Assembly: GCA_013239625.1 (NCBI GenBank)
Contig: MU057357.1
Coordinates: forward strand, 21,713,298 to 21,777,297
DNA: 64,000 bases
Reading direction: 5' to 3'
DNA from: Lama guanicoe
Lineage: Eukaryota
Shown: one piece after another, positions 26,400 to 39,060 of the stretch
How positions within the stretch are numbered: the stretch's first letter is position 1
Layout of the letters: the number at the start of each line of letters is the position of its first letter
Notes under the pieces: generated by a model
The model's input: only the letters and a program-made list of their open reading frames with translations
Told to the model about the DNA's origin: nothing
The model's database searches: none
Position numbers and translations under genes: made by a program

Positions 26400-26800
26400 C
26401 TTCTTTTAAATTAATTTAACAATTATTTACTAGCTTCTATTTTATATTGGACATTTTGCTAGAGATTTCAGGGAATCCTAGGGCTCAGTATCTGCCTACA
26501 AGATGTTCATGGTATAGCAGGGGCAGAGAGATAGAAATATACATAATTAAAGATAAGAGGGTATATGTATGTATGTGTGTATATGTATATGTGTGTGTGT
26601 GTGTGTATATATATGACTAATAACTAGGACAAACAACATGCTATGGCAACATGGAACCAACTGACTCTCCTGGAGAGGTCAGTGAAGGCCATGTGAAGAA
26701 GTCACATTTGAACTAGACCCTGAACAAATGAGTGAGCTTTTGTCAAGTGGAGAAAAGGAACAAGGACATTCTAGAAAGAAAATGTGACATGAGCAATGAT
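26400..26800 (-). mobile_element. L2 fragment with embedded (TG/TA)n
   Basis: gaagaagtcacatttgaactagaccctgaacaaatgagt L2-like motif; microsatellite at ~26563-26613. Confidence 0.55.
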
Positions 26801-29800
26801 ATAGACCCATGAAAGCCCCATTGTGTGCTTGGAGAAGGAGGAGCAGCCTAGGGGTTCTGAGACATGGGGTATCTGTAATGGGGCAGCAAAAAATGCATCC
26901 CCAGGGCCTAGAAAATGCCACACATTTTTTAGCTGACAATGATGTTGCTAGTTTGTTCTGGGCTCAGCTTTGCCAGTGTACTTACTTAGTAAACAGCAAT
27001 GGCTGTTTCTCTAGATTATCAGTGGTAATTCAAGGAAAGATTAAGAGCTCAAAAGATACCAGTGAGGCTCAATGGTCATATTAATGCTACTGAGTAACAT
27101 TCCTGAACCCAAATGTTTTACAAAATCACTGAGGCATTTTCTACTTCAGATTTATACTCCTAATTTAAGTGACAAAATAAATAAAACTTAAAATGAGAAC
27201 AATAGAAGACAGGGATAAATGTTACCAAAAAGAAATCTTAGCTCAAAACAAACAAAAAAAAGCTATTGGATCAAGCATAGAATTAAATTCAACCCTGAGT
27301 TTCCTAGCAGCCAAGGCAAAAAGATCAATAATGAGTTAAATCCTCATCATCAAATAAAAGAAACATCAGTTCTACAGATACCAGGTGATCTGTGCATGCC
27401 AAGATGAAAACAGGAGAAAAAGGAAGACGAGAAAACGTAAAAGAGAAGAAAGAACAAGAGGCAGAAAGGAGATGATTGAAAAATGTATCTCCCCTTTTTA
27501 AAAACATGTGAAATTCCTTCACTAAGAACCATCAAATGTTTTGTTGGTGAGGGGACCAAAGGTTCAGTGCCTGGGTATGTTTTTCTCCTTTCAGCCCCTT
27601 TCTGTTGATGTTTTTCTGGCTTTCTAAGCAAAGAGGAAACCTCACCCATTCCTGTAGACATGCATTTATGACCACATTCTCCTGGCCAGTAACCCTCCGA
27701 GGCTCCTTTTGGCACTTCTCAAGGGTGGAGCGGCAAGCAATTGGATCTGGTTATGAAGTTGCTGCTGCTACCACTCAGGTTGAACGCTGGCAGTTCAGTG
27801 AGGGCTCCAGGGCAGAGCTAACTCATTAAGGACAAAATGTGCAGGCACATTTGACCTTTGGAAATCCAGCCCTGGTTGGAAGCTTCCAGATTCAAAACAA
27901 AAGCTCCAGGGCTGGAAAGAGTTGGAGGAAGTGCACTGTGAGCGCTGGACCCATCCCCCACACATTCCCCTGTGACTGAGAGGCTCACAAAATCAATAGA
28001 GCAGCATTATTAACTCTGCAATATCATAAGACAGGGCTTCGCTCTCTGCCTTGGTGGAGAGCGAAGACGGTGGGGAGGCAGGCTGGCTCCAAGGGAAAGG
28101 ATGCTTCATTAAAGTCAACTCTCGGGAGGCAAATGCGTGTAAGATCAACAGATGAAGCCAATGTTGATACAGCACCTCCCCCCATAAAAATCTTGCCCTT
28201 GGTCAAGGAGTTGTCCTAGCAGAAGAAAGTACAGTTAGGCCAAGCAAGGTATGAATGACAAACAGTTTGGTGTAGATTTCCAAAAAGTCATGCCAGGGGC
28301 TAACCCAAAGCAAAAGTTTCACAAGCATCATATAAATGTGACACTCCTTCATCTGCAGTCACAACTTTTATAGCATCTCATTCACCTTGTTTACCTGGGT
28401 CACCCACAAGTACCAAAATGAACATTTTCAAATGTTTTCACCAGAAGAAAATACAGACCTCTTGCTATACCCACATTGAAATGAAACCACCAACCTCTCT
28501 TTTTGTCTCTTCTGATTTGCTAGGTCACTGCTTCCCTCTCATAGGTCTCATGACCCAATTCAACTGCCTCTGTCACCAACTCAGTGTCACCAACAAATCT
28601 CATGCACACTCGATGAACAGAGTTCATTTCGTCCTCCTCGTCACATGAAGCTCTACCTAGGTCTCTCTAATATCCTGCCACTATCCCTCAGTAATGCCAG
28701 TAACTGTCACTGCAAGGCTGAGAACTGGCAGACCTTAAAGGCAAACAGAGTCAGTTTTCAGATACATCTTAATCCCCAAATCCCTCCTCCAATCATGCAG
28801 ATCAAGCAAAGTCTTAGCTCTGTAAAGTCGTCGTTGTCTTTAGCGTCTCTGATTCTGGCATTTGATTCCAGATAGAAGGCGAAGCAACCCCTGTTGCAAA
28901 TCATACCTACATCAGTTCGATCCATTTGCTGTTAAAGAAGCTTCACTCTTCCCAGAAAGGTTTCTTCCCTTTAACCACGTACCAAGCCGGAATCAGACAA
29001 ATACGATCTGATATGCTGATCGGTATTATTCACAGCACTCACCAAGGCACAATGGTAGCTCACCGATCAGTCCCAGGGCAGAACTTAACCAACAGAATGC
29101 TCATCATATCTGTGTTTTTAAAAACTGCCACCACAGATGACCATAAATTACCTGCTGCTTTTATGTATACAGATTCTGTAAGGAAGTGCTGTACGGTAAT
29201 GTATCATTAAAGCCTTAACTGACGTGCTTAGTCAAAATCTCTTGCCTGCCATGATTTGCTGTGGGACGTGAAAAGAGCCATTAGCTTTTCCTTTTCTTTA
29301 CTTCCCTCACTTCTTTTCCCATGAAAGGGATAACATAAATCTATCTCTTTTTTTAATTGAGGTTAAAAAAAAAAACCTTTAACAATAATATACCTACCCA
29401 AGCACTAGCACTATATATAGAATGTGGACCGTGACGACCTCTTTGCTTGGCACATTTCAGACTCCAGCTACACACATAGAGGAGAATTCATAAACCCAAG
29501 AGGAGACTAGTAACAAATGACATACAGGTGTCTAAAGGTTGTGAGTGTCCCCAGTCTGAAACGTCTGTTTTATTTTAGATTTCTTTTTGAGTGGTTAACT
29601 ATATGCTTCCAGGAAAAAGATTTGAGAAGAACATTTTGGGAAGTACATAAAAGAGCTATGAGGTGACTAGGGAAATTCCTTAACTATTTCAGATGTGACT
29701 GGGAAAGTCACTGAAAAAATGTTCTCTCTTTGCCCCTGTTCTTTTCCTTATATGGTGATCACGATGCACACGTCCACCCGTATCTATCTTCGGGGTCCAC

Positions 29801-29974
29801 CTCTAGACTCTAAGCTCCAGGAGAGCAGGGATAATATCTGTTGGGGTTGCTACTACATTCTCAGCACCTGGCACAATGCTTGGCACAGCAAAAGCCCTCA
29901 AGAAAGGAAAGAAGGAAGGAAGAAAAGGAAAAAGAGAGGAGGAATTAAATGAATAAATTAAAGATAAGGAACCA

Positions 29975-30120
29975 AGAGAGTGACGTCACCAAGATGGCAA
30001 CATCAGTGGTTCCTAACTTCACTCCCCCTCACAAGAAGAACAATCAACAACTATTTGTGGACAAGACATCACTGAGAAAATCCTAAAGAAAGAGAACCCT
30101 CCCCACTGAAAAAAAAAATC
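29975..30120 (+). mobile_element. Putative L1 5'-UTR start fragment
   Basis: gtgacgtcaccaagatggc (YY1-type AAGATGGC at 29991-29998) resembles L1M 5' termini; ends in an A-run. Confidence 0.5.
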
Positions 30121-33100
30121 CACAGAAGAGTAATGAAGCACAACTACAAAAACGAGCATTCTCTACTTTCTTCTCAAGAATCCCAAAGGCTTATAATGGA
30201 CAAGTGTGACTCTTCCAATGCCTCATCCCTTGTTGATGGATGACAGACTGATCAGCAGAGCCAGCTGACTTCAGAGGTGAGGAGTGAGTTCTGTTCTGAT
30301 GTAAAGCGGCCAAGAAGAGGCAAGTGGATGGGGGCACAGGTAAGGGACGAAGCAGTCTCCACGGCCAGTGTGTTCTGGAGACACAGGAGTCTTCAGTTCT
30401 CATCTCTCCACCTCCAACAGTCTTTCGTCAAGGCTACCTGCCTGTTGTCCTCATGTTCTTTCCATTTTTTACTTGCAGGAGAGGTGAGGGGAATTCAGGA
30501 ACAGTGAAACCGAACACACTCTGGGTCACTCCCCTTCCCTGAGTGCTCCCGGTTCCTTTCTGGCCAGTGTTCCTCAAGGACCAGGGTCTGGGACAATGTA
30601 CCTTTGAGCCCTTCCCTTGAGTCTGACCAGTCTGAAACCGTCACTGCTGCTTCCTGTCTTCCACCTGCACCCCGAGCCCTTCCCCTTGCTGTGCTGCGCT
30701 CCTCCCTCCCTTCCTCCGGCATTCCGCAGCAGCACAGTGCTCCCTCTTCCAAAAGTAAACATCTCCCAGGATGTCCTGCAAGTAAAGCTTCCAAACTTCC
30801 TTTTACTCCTTTCACTCACTCCTGCCCAAGAAAGCAAGTGGTCGGTGATACTGGAAGAAAACACGTCAGGAAAAGGAAAAAGAAAAAGTCCTGTAGCCCA
30901 TGCTCCTCTCTGGGGGTCCTGACCTCATCCCAGAGGGCTCTGACCCCGCTGTGGGGGCCAGGTAGGCAGGGCCACCCTGGTGACCTGCTGTTCTGTGGAA
31001 CACACACGTCCCCACGGATGGGTCAGCCCACAAGCTAGCAGGGGGAGGGGACAGGGTAAACACTGGGAAGCCAGAATGAGATGGTACTTCCCCACGGGGT
31101 CTAAATCCGGCTTTATCAATTTTAAACCTGATATTTAACCTCTATCTCTCTGGTTCCTCTGTTTATTTTCTCAAGTAAGTTAGGGAAGGGAGAAGTAGGG
31201 TTAATTTATTGGCCCCACTGAAAAAAAAAAAAAAACAACAATCATGGTATAATTATAGACATCTGTCAACAGTCCAAATTATTGATCCTCTCAAGAGGCT
31301 TGACATTTTTTAAATAAACGTAACAACAAATATATATATATATATTTTGTTTTATATATATATATAAAACAAAGAAAATGCAGGTGGTCCATCACTCCAT
31401 CATCACCAGGATTGCTCTTAAAAAATTAAAAGTAATGAACATACATGAAAGTCAAAAACATTAAAACAGAACAGAAAAGGTAGATAAGCAAAGTCTCCCT
31501 TATTTCCCTGCACCCACTCCACCTTCTCTGCAAAACTGTCAATAAGTACTTATGTGTATCATTTTGCTTGAACTGTTACTTATATCAGCATATATAACAG
31601 GCATTTTTATTTCTTCTTTTTTCTCATTTACACGGAAAGTAATTGGCTTTTCATTGTAACATCTGAGAGGCCTCACATACAAAGAGGCTAGGGCGGGGAC
31701 GGCCTGGATTCACCCTCAATCCCCCCTCTGTCCACTGCCCACTGCCCACTGCCCACAGCTCCCTTTGCCCTGCAAGGATCTCACCCCTCCTTTGTAAGCT
31801 GCTCGCTCCTACCACAGCCACCCCACTCACTCAGAGCTAGTGCCTCAAAATGCTCTAAGTCGTCTGACAGCTGTCTAATAAGATGTTGCCACCAGGGGAA
31901 ACACAGGACTCTGTGTTTTATTTTTGCCACTTACCATGAGTCTATAATTATTTCAAAATAAAAGGTGTTTTTAAAATGGAGTAAGTAAGTCAGCGCTCGA
32001 TGGGGAAAGCCACAGCGGAGGAACCCGAAAGTGAGAGGGCAAGGAGAAAGGGGCGACGGCAAAGCTCTCCCATAACAGAGTGTGTGCAAGGCCGACGCCA
32101 GCCCCGGCCTCTGCTGCTTCCGCGGTGTTTGCTGGCCGGGCCGGTACCATCAGCCGTTTCTGGAGTGTCTTACGACGGGTGTGACTTTCTTTAAAGGATA
32201 AAACAATGTTTTCCAGTAAATCTATTTGTTGTGAACTTGAAAATGTTACCAGTGGACCTGAAGCAATTTATATATATTTATATATATTTTAATAGTTTCT
32301 ATCCTCTTTTTAAAAAATCAAAACTAAACCTTAGAAGTATATGAATATTTAATTTTGCAGAGGAAGGTATGGCTTTCCAGATGGGGAGTCTGTCCAATTC
32401 ATGATCTCAAGCATTTTATGGCCACACTTCCCTGCAAATCACACTGATGGCAAAAATCCAGCTGCAAACTCAAGTGTTTTGTCACATTCCTGACCCCAGA
32501 ATCAAATTTCTCATGTGGGAAGTTGAGCCAAAGGTACGCCCTGACAAATCCCTACAGAAGTAGACTGCCATCCCTCTCCATCTCCACTTCCCCTTGGAAG
32601 TCCCGACCCAGGGCAAATGAGAAGCTATGAGGTTCAGGGACCCCCATCCAACTCCACCTCGGGTGAGGGGACGGCTGTGTCTGCCATCTGACCCAGGCGG
32701 GTAGAGCAAGAGAGGCTGGTGCCAAGTCACCACACGGGCTGCTTCCCAGGGCCGTCCTAGATGCACATCTTTGAATGGATGAAGGCAGAGTTACTCAACC
32801 CAAGAACACAAGAGACGGGCTAAAACCTTGGTGGCCCTCTCACAGACCAAGATCCAGCTGTGCCCTCATTTCCACCAGTGCTCCAGATGAGGCGGAATGA
32901 GAGTGGGCCTTTGGACCTGACACTATGGGCTTTACAACTCTTGTCAAAATGGCACATGTTTTAAGCAGCATGGAGATCTGAGCATCCTCAGTTGACGAGT
33001 TCCTAGGGCTGGACCACATAGTGCAATTCTCATGTCAGAAAGGTCAGCCTCCCTTCCCTTCTACAGTTACCTCCTCCCAGAGCTGTCTCAGGCTGGGATA

Positions 33101-33450
33101 AAAGTTCATGTCCCAGAGAGCACACATGCTGCTCTGTCCCTCCAATCCCTGTGTGGCAGAAGCTGGGTTTCCCCGGAAGCCAGGCTGAGAGGTCCTGGTA
33201 AGTCTAAGACTTGCTACCCAGGCAAATCCCCATCTTTTAACCACATGTGACAGCCATAGTTAATGAGTCATTTTAGCCACACAGACTTCCACTTTCAGAA
33301 GCAAACTGTCCCAAGGGTTCTCACTTCCACACGAAACCCAAACTTCCTTCATCCCTGAGCATCAACACACACACACACACACATACACAAATGTACACAA
33401 TTGTTTCATGAGTGCGGTCAAACACTGTAATGTTTAAAAAGTTACCTAAG

Positions 33451-33590
33451 GAGAGGGAGGGCATAGCTAAGTGGTAGAGTGTGTGCTTAACATGCACAAA
33501 GTCCTGGGCTCAATCCCCAGCACCTCTGTTAAATGAATAAATAAATAAATACCTAATTACCTGCCCCCCACAAAACATGTTTTAAATCTA
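33451..33590 (+). mobile_element. Camelid tRNA-derived SINE (Vic-1-like)
   Basis: gggagggcatagctaagtggtagagtgtgtgcttaacatgcacaaagtcctgggctcaatccccagcacctc, then (AATA)n and cctaattacctgccccc. Confidence 0.9.
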
Positions 33591-35298
33591 AAAAAATTAA
33601 TTAAGCCCAATGTACTATCTTAATCCAGAAGTTCTGACATACTATATACTATAGACTAAGTTTACTTTTTCAAAATTTATTTAAAAGCTAACACACACGA
33701 AGAAATGAGAAAGTTTCATGTCCCCAATTTTAGACACCAGTAGGAAACTTTCTCAAAGTGCCGTAAGTAAAGCACAAGAAAGAGCCCCATTTGAACAAGT
33801 AAGAAGCTACTATATTTCTGCTCAGAAAACTGCGTAGAAATCGTAAGGAGGAAAAAAGTCAACAAGGAGTGCTAGTTTAAGATTTGAGACAAAAGGCTCC
33901 ACTACCATAGATTAGAAAACAGTAATACTATACAGCATATGACAGTTTAGAAAGCACTTTCACGGCCATATAGCAATTGATTATAGCAATTCTGTCATTA
34001 TAAACCTCACATTTAAGCTGGGAAAATGCAGCTTAGCAATTTGCTCTGGTTTATGCTTACAAAGTCAGGACTAAAGTCTAGTTGTCTAATTCCAAGTCCC
34101 TTGATTTTCTACGACACCAGCATTCCTCACACTTCATTTCATTCCACCTTCGTGCATTTTTACCAAATCAGCATTCCATCTGTACCGTCATTTCCCTATT
34201 ATTTTCATTTGTAATTGCCTCACTAAGGCGTTATGTATTAAAGCTGCATATATTTTAAAATACTCTTCCTGTAAATGTTCATCAGTAAAAGATAATCATG
34301 AAATTAAAAACAATAAGATCAAAATGATAGTATTAACTTTAGCTGGATATTTGCCTATCAAAAGCCCTGGGTCTGAGATCGGTTCTCTCTTTATTAAAAA
34401 GAAGGAAAGATGGAGGGAGGGAGGGAGGGAGGAGGGAGGAAGTACAAGACAGAGAAGAAGGAGGAAGAGGAGAGATTATCAGGACTTAAAGACCTGCTAA
34501 CACAAAGCTGAGTCTTTCTCCCTGAGTTGGTCAGAAGGATTGAAAGAAAACTGAGAAGGGAATAACACACTGCCTCCCAAGATGATTCTGCTGTTATTTA
34601 ACGCCGTGCACACGAAGCCCACAGAGCGCAGCCCACCCTTTGAGAAGCGCTGCCTTGAGCCACGCTGCACTCTCATTGTGTTAACGTGCGAATGCATTTA
34701 AAACATTGAAGGGGGCTCACAATTCTTGAAGGTCCAATACTGGCTTGGACTTAAATAATGATTCTGAAACTCAGGCAGGTTATCGGCAAACTGAAGAGGA
34801 GGAGGAAAAGGGATTGCAGTGACATGTCTAATGGTCTTCAGATTCTAGTATTTGTAAAATCCTAGTCTTTATCATAAGGGAGCATAAAAAAGAGATGGAT
34901 GCAATAACAGGAGGAAAAAGTAGGCAGGCACATCTTGGATAGGAAGACAAATGGTTTGCATTCTGTTTCTTTTTCACAGGAAAACTGTGCAAGGACACCT
35001 GAAGTCCACATAATGTCTGTCTTCCCTTTTCTTCTTTCTTTTCTTTCATTCTTTTCTTTTCTCTTTCTTTCTTCCTTTCTAGAAATATGTTCTCAGAAAC
35101 ATTTTAATAGTTGCTACTTCACACAGTAAGATCAACAGCTACTAGTTAAAAAAAAATAATATACATATGTTAACAAGATAATGACCCCTGGACCTTTACT
35201 TAGCACTCAGACGTTTTTAAAAAAGAAAAAGTAACTGGAGATTGGAGGAAAGGAGGAGGGCACCCAGCATCAAGTAATTCAAAGAATGGCTGGCTTTT

Positions 35299-35466
35299 TA
35301 AAAATATTTTATTTATTTATTATTGTATTATTTAATTATTTTAGTTTGGCGGGGGGGGGGAGGTAATTAGGTGTATTTACTTTTACAGGAAGTACTAGGG
35401 ATCAAACCTAGGCTCTCGTGGGCGGCTAAGCATGCGCTCTGTCACTTGAGCTGTACCCTCCCCACC
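35299..35466 (-). mobile_element. Camelid tRNA-derived SINE (Vic-1-like) with 13-bp TSD
   Basis: Reverse complement of the same family. ATGGCTGGCTTTT at 35286-35298 and 35467-35479 flanks it. Confidence 0.92.
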
Positions 35467-36404
35467 ATGGCTGGCTTTTCTAACAGGAAAAGAATGACCC
35501 TGAAAAATCAGCATCTGGTCAACCTAAATAACATCCTTAGTAATATCAGGGAGCCAATATAAAAGAATAAAATTTTTTAAATACCCCTAATGTAGACTAG
35601 CATCCTAAAAGCATTAGAAAGTTAAGGCCAAGTACCTTACTGGCAGTATTTGAGTGCCAATGGTAGGAAGAAAGCAAATTACTTGGTTCTCAGGAAAGTA
35701 CTTTATTATAATACCTCAGAGTTCTTCACACACAAAAGCATTACCTCCTCAGTGAAACAAGTCATATAAAATCCACTTCCACAAAAAACACAGTTAAAGC
35801 AGTTAATGGGATTCTGTCCAACATGCTTCTATGTCAAGAAACCTCAGAACTGGTTACATGTTTTTCTTCCACAAAAAGGAGTTTTTCCCACCACTGACCA
35901 GCTGGGTCTCCAGAGTGACAAAAGGAACTGTGACAATGGCAGTCATTTGTTAATGAGGGCTGTTTGACCAAAAGAACTTTTTGTCTGGTATTGTCCCATT
36001 TTACTCCCACTTCCACCAAGAAGGTGCTGCAGGCTCAGGAAACTTAAGAGTCAGTTTCCAAATTGGAAAATGTTGCAAATACCAATAAGGAATAAACATG
36101 CTCTGGAGCAACTGCTCAGCCCAGGCGGGGAGAGGGGTAAACCAGATGGTCTTTTCCATCCCAGATTTCGATGATCTACAACAGAACCTGGATGACTAGG
36201 AGAAATTGAGACGCAGTTTGGAAGCTGCTTTATAAAATAGAATCCCAAACAAAGACATTCAACAAGGCAGAGGAATCTAAAAAGAAATGGAAATGGACTC
36301 TAGGTGAGAGTAGAAAGCAAGCCAGCTTGAGACTGATAAAGAAATAAGGTTGTCCCCAAATCATACATTTTGGAGGGGAGGGTGCCTCAGAGAGCTGCCA
36401 GTCT

Positions 36405-36608
36405 CAGGGTCACAAACCCAAATGTATGCTCACCAGGCCAGAGATCAGAAATGAATCGAGGTGGAAATCGTGGGGACAAGGTTAACTGAAGAGTGCATGA
36501 TCTGTCCAGAAATATTTCAATTAAAAAGAAAATGGAAATACGTATGCTGGCCGAATAAAACAGCTCTTGAAGCCGGTTCAGCCTAAGAGCTTCCTGCTTG
36601 TATCTCTG
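36405..36608. mobile_element. hAT-Charlie-like MITE
   Basis: cagggtcacaaacccaaatg...ggccgaataaaacagctc...tatctctg; a related fragment lies at ~25790-25890. Confidence 0.5.
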
Positions 36609-36928
36609 ATCATCTGACTGTTCCTAAGTCTAACCTACTGTATACATGTGAGGAAACTGAGGACCAGAGAAGTCACATCATTTGATAACAAGCCGGGACT
36701 AGTCGTTGTATATAACAGAGCCAAACTGCTAGGATTATGTTACATGCTAAGATGATGTCAAATAGAAAAATATTAAGTGAGATTAAGGCAAAAATCCTGC
36801 ATGCCTTTTGGATCAGGTACACTAAATTCACCTCGTTTAATTATTTCACAGGCCAAATTATATTATCATCTTGCTAAAACACAAAGCTACTGAGAACTGG
36901 GGGTAGATGTATGCAGGGAAAGACTCTG

Positions 36929-36971
36929 CAAAAAAAAAAAAAAAAGAAAGAAAGAAAGAAAAGAAAGAAAG
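36929..36971. repeat. A-run/(GAAA)n
   Basis: Visible simple repeat. Confidence 0.9.
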
Positions 36972-38240
36972 ACCCTAAGTAGTCAGAGTCAGATATTCAA
37001 TGTTTCAAAAACAACTGTTATATTCATAATTAACTTGGTCACAATGGTCCTAAGTAAGATGGCAAATGGAGCTCCTAACTTCTATTTTCCAGACAGGAAA
37101 AACAAGACACACAGAACCCTCACAGCTTGTTTTTTTAAAATGGATTCTTTAAAATTATGTATTCGTGGTTCCTTCTAGGTACACCTCAAAAAGCAAGGTA
37201 AGAAAAATCCTTTCCATGGTTGGTACTGGTGAATGTGTATTTTTTTAAAAAATTGGATAAGCTTAAGACTTTGTTTTTAAGTGAAATTCCAAGGAAAAAA
37301 AATCTCATTGAGATATGTTAAGTGGTGTGAAATCTTCCCAGGAAATCCATGAAGTGCAGAGAAGGATGAGAACATCCCCCCTGGGGGCAGCTGGAAGCAG
37401 AAGAGACAAAGGAGTGGAAACGTCCATTCGCGGAGCCCCCCCATGCCAGCCAATGAGACTCTCCTTCCCTGGTTTCTGTGTATCAGAGAAAACACAAATA
37501 CACACTCCTGAGAAGCAGGAACTGCAGTCCGCACACAGGGCTGGCGTCCCTGAAATAAATCTCTCCAGAGGTGCTAGGCTAAACCATCAATATGAGGAAA
37601 TCATCTTAAGAGTCTGATAGCAGCATATGCATGATTCTTCCCCCTCCCCCATAAAACTCCCAACACCAACAGCCACATCAAATGACTGCTTTTCAGAGGC
37701 CAATTCAAAAACACCCACTTTATCACAGAAAGAGTATTCCTTGTATANNNNNNNNNNNNNNNNNNNNNNNNNNNNNNNNNNNNNNNNNNNNNNNNNNNNN
37801 NNNNNNNNNNNNNNNNNNNNNNNNNNNNNNNNNNNNNNNNNNNNNNNNNNNNNNNNNNNNNNNNNNNNNNNNNNNNNNNNNNNNNNNNNNNNNNNAACCA
37901 GCACTGCATTATAGTACATGTGCCTAATTCTGGCTCTTAAGTAGATAACCACATGCTGGAAAAACTTAAGACAAGTCAGTCATAAATAAAACTAGAAAGA
38001 AAGGGAATGAGCTGGACATTTGTGTGAGCAGCCAACCAAATTCCAAGGATGTCAAAGGAGGCCGAGTTTCCGGGGGGCAATGGATAGGGCTAGTGCTTCC
38101 TCACTTCTATAGGTAACCCCATGAGAGCTGCTCCACGGGCCTGCCTTCCATCATTCACCTTCTCTTAGACACTCGAGGCACTGTGATGCTAGAGAGACCA
38201 GTGATACACTTTAGAAAAAAGAGCACTGTGCCACTCGATA

Positions 38241-38403
38241 CTGTATGTATGAATGTATGCATGTATGTATATATGTATGTATTTAATTTGGGGAGGGAGG
38301 AGGTAATTAGGTTTATTTATTTTTAGAGGAGGTACTGGGGGTTGAATCCAGGACCCTGTGCATGCTAATCATGCACTCTACCACTTGAGCTACACCCTCC
38401 CCG
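38241..38403 (-). mobile_element. Camelid tRNA-derived SINE (Vic-1-like) with (TATG)n tail
   Basis: ggaggtaattaggtttatttattt...ggtactgggggttgaatccaggaccctgtgcatgctaatcatgcactctaccacttgagctacaccctcccc. Confidence 0.92.
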
Positions 38404-38819
38404 CTGTGTACTGTTTTTAATGGGAGGAAGGATGGTTGAAAATGGGGAAAGAAAGAGCGCTTGTTGAATGGATGCTACGTGCCAGACACTGGACCAGAGA
38501 GTCAACACTCCTGCCCTTACTTGGGTATCATGAACTCCATTCCACCGATGACGGAATGAGACTCAGAGATGTTAGGTGACTTTCTCAAGGTTCCAGCTCT
38601 GCCTGATCTCAAGCCTCATGTCATTTGACCACTAAAAATACTATGACCTTAAGGAGATCTAGCACAGCCAAGTTCTTTCTCAGATGAGAAAACCAAGGAC
38701 CAGAAAGCAGACAGACCACAGAGCTATTCAAATCCATACCCGCTCCACTGATTCCCAGGCCATGACCTTGGGCTTCTGCCCTGGTGTCTCCTGCCTAACA
38801 AGGAGTAGGTATAAATGTA

Positions 38820-39060
38820 AAATTTCAGAGTCCTGAGCAGGCTGCCTGGGTTTGCATTCTGGCTCAGCCACTTCCAAGTTGTGTGACTTTAGGCAAGTCA
38901 TTTTATAACTCTCACCTGAACATCTCCATCTGTAAAATGGGGATAAGGAGAATATGTACCTCACAGGGTTGGTGCGAGGATTAAATGAAATGAGGCATAG
39001 AAGGTGCTCAGACAAGGCCATCTCTAGGAAGTATTTGACAGATATTAGATGTTATGATGA
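38820..39060 (+). mobile_element. MIR SINE
   Basis: ggctgcctgggtttgcattctggctcagccact...catctgtaaaatggggataag...acctcacagggttggtgcgaggattaaatga. Confidence 0.9.

Noticed and set aside
31887-31902. CTCF-like tgccaccaggggaaac
   Set aside because: The 3' half lacks the GGCGC/GGCAG core, so the match is weak.
33455-33530. tRNA gene (A/B-box-like sequence), also at 35390-35465 and 38330-38403
   Set aside because: These are degenerate tRNA-derived SINE heads with SINE tails, and one has a TSD; they are not intact cloverleafs.
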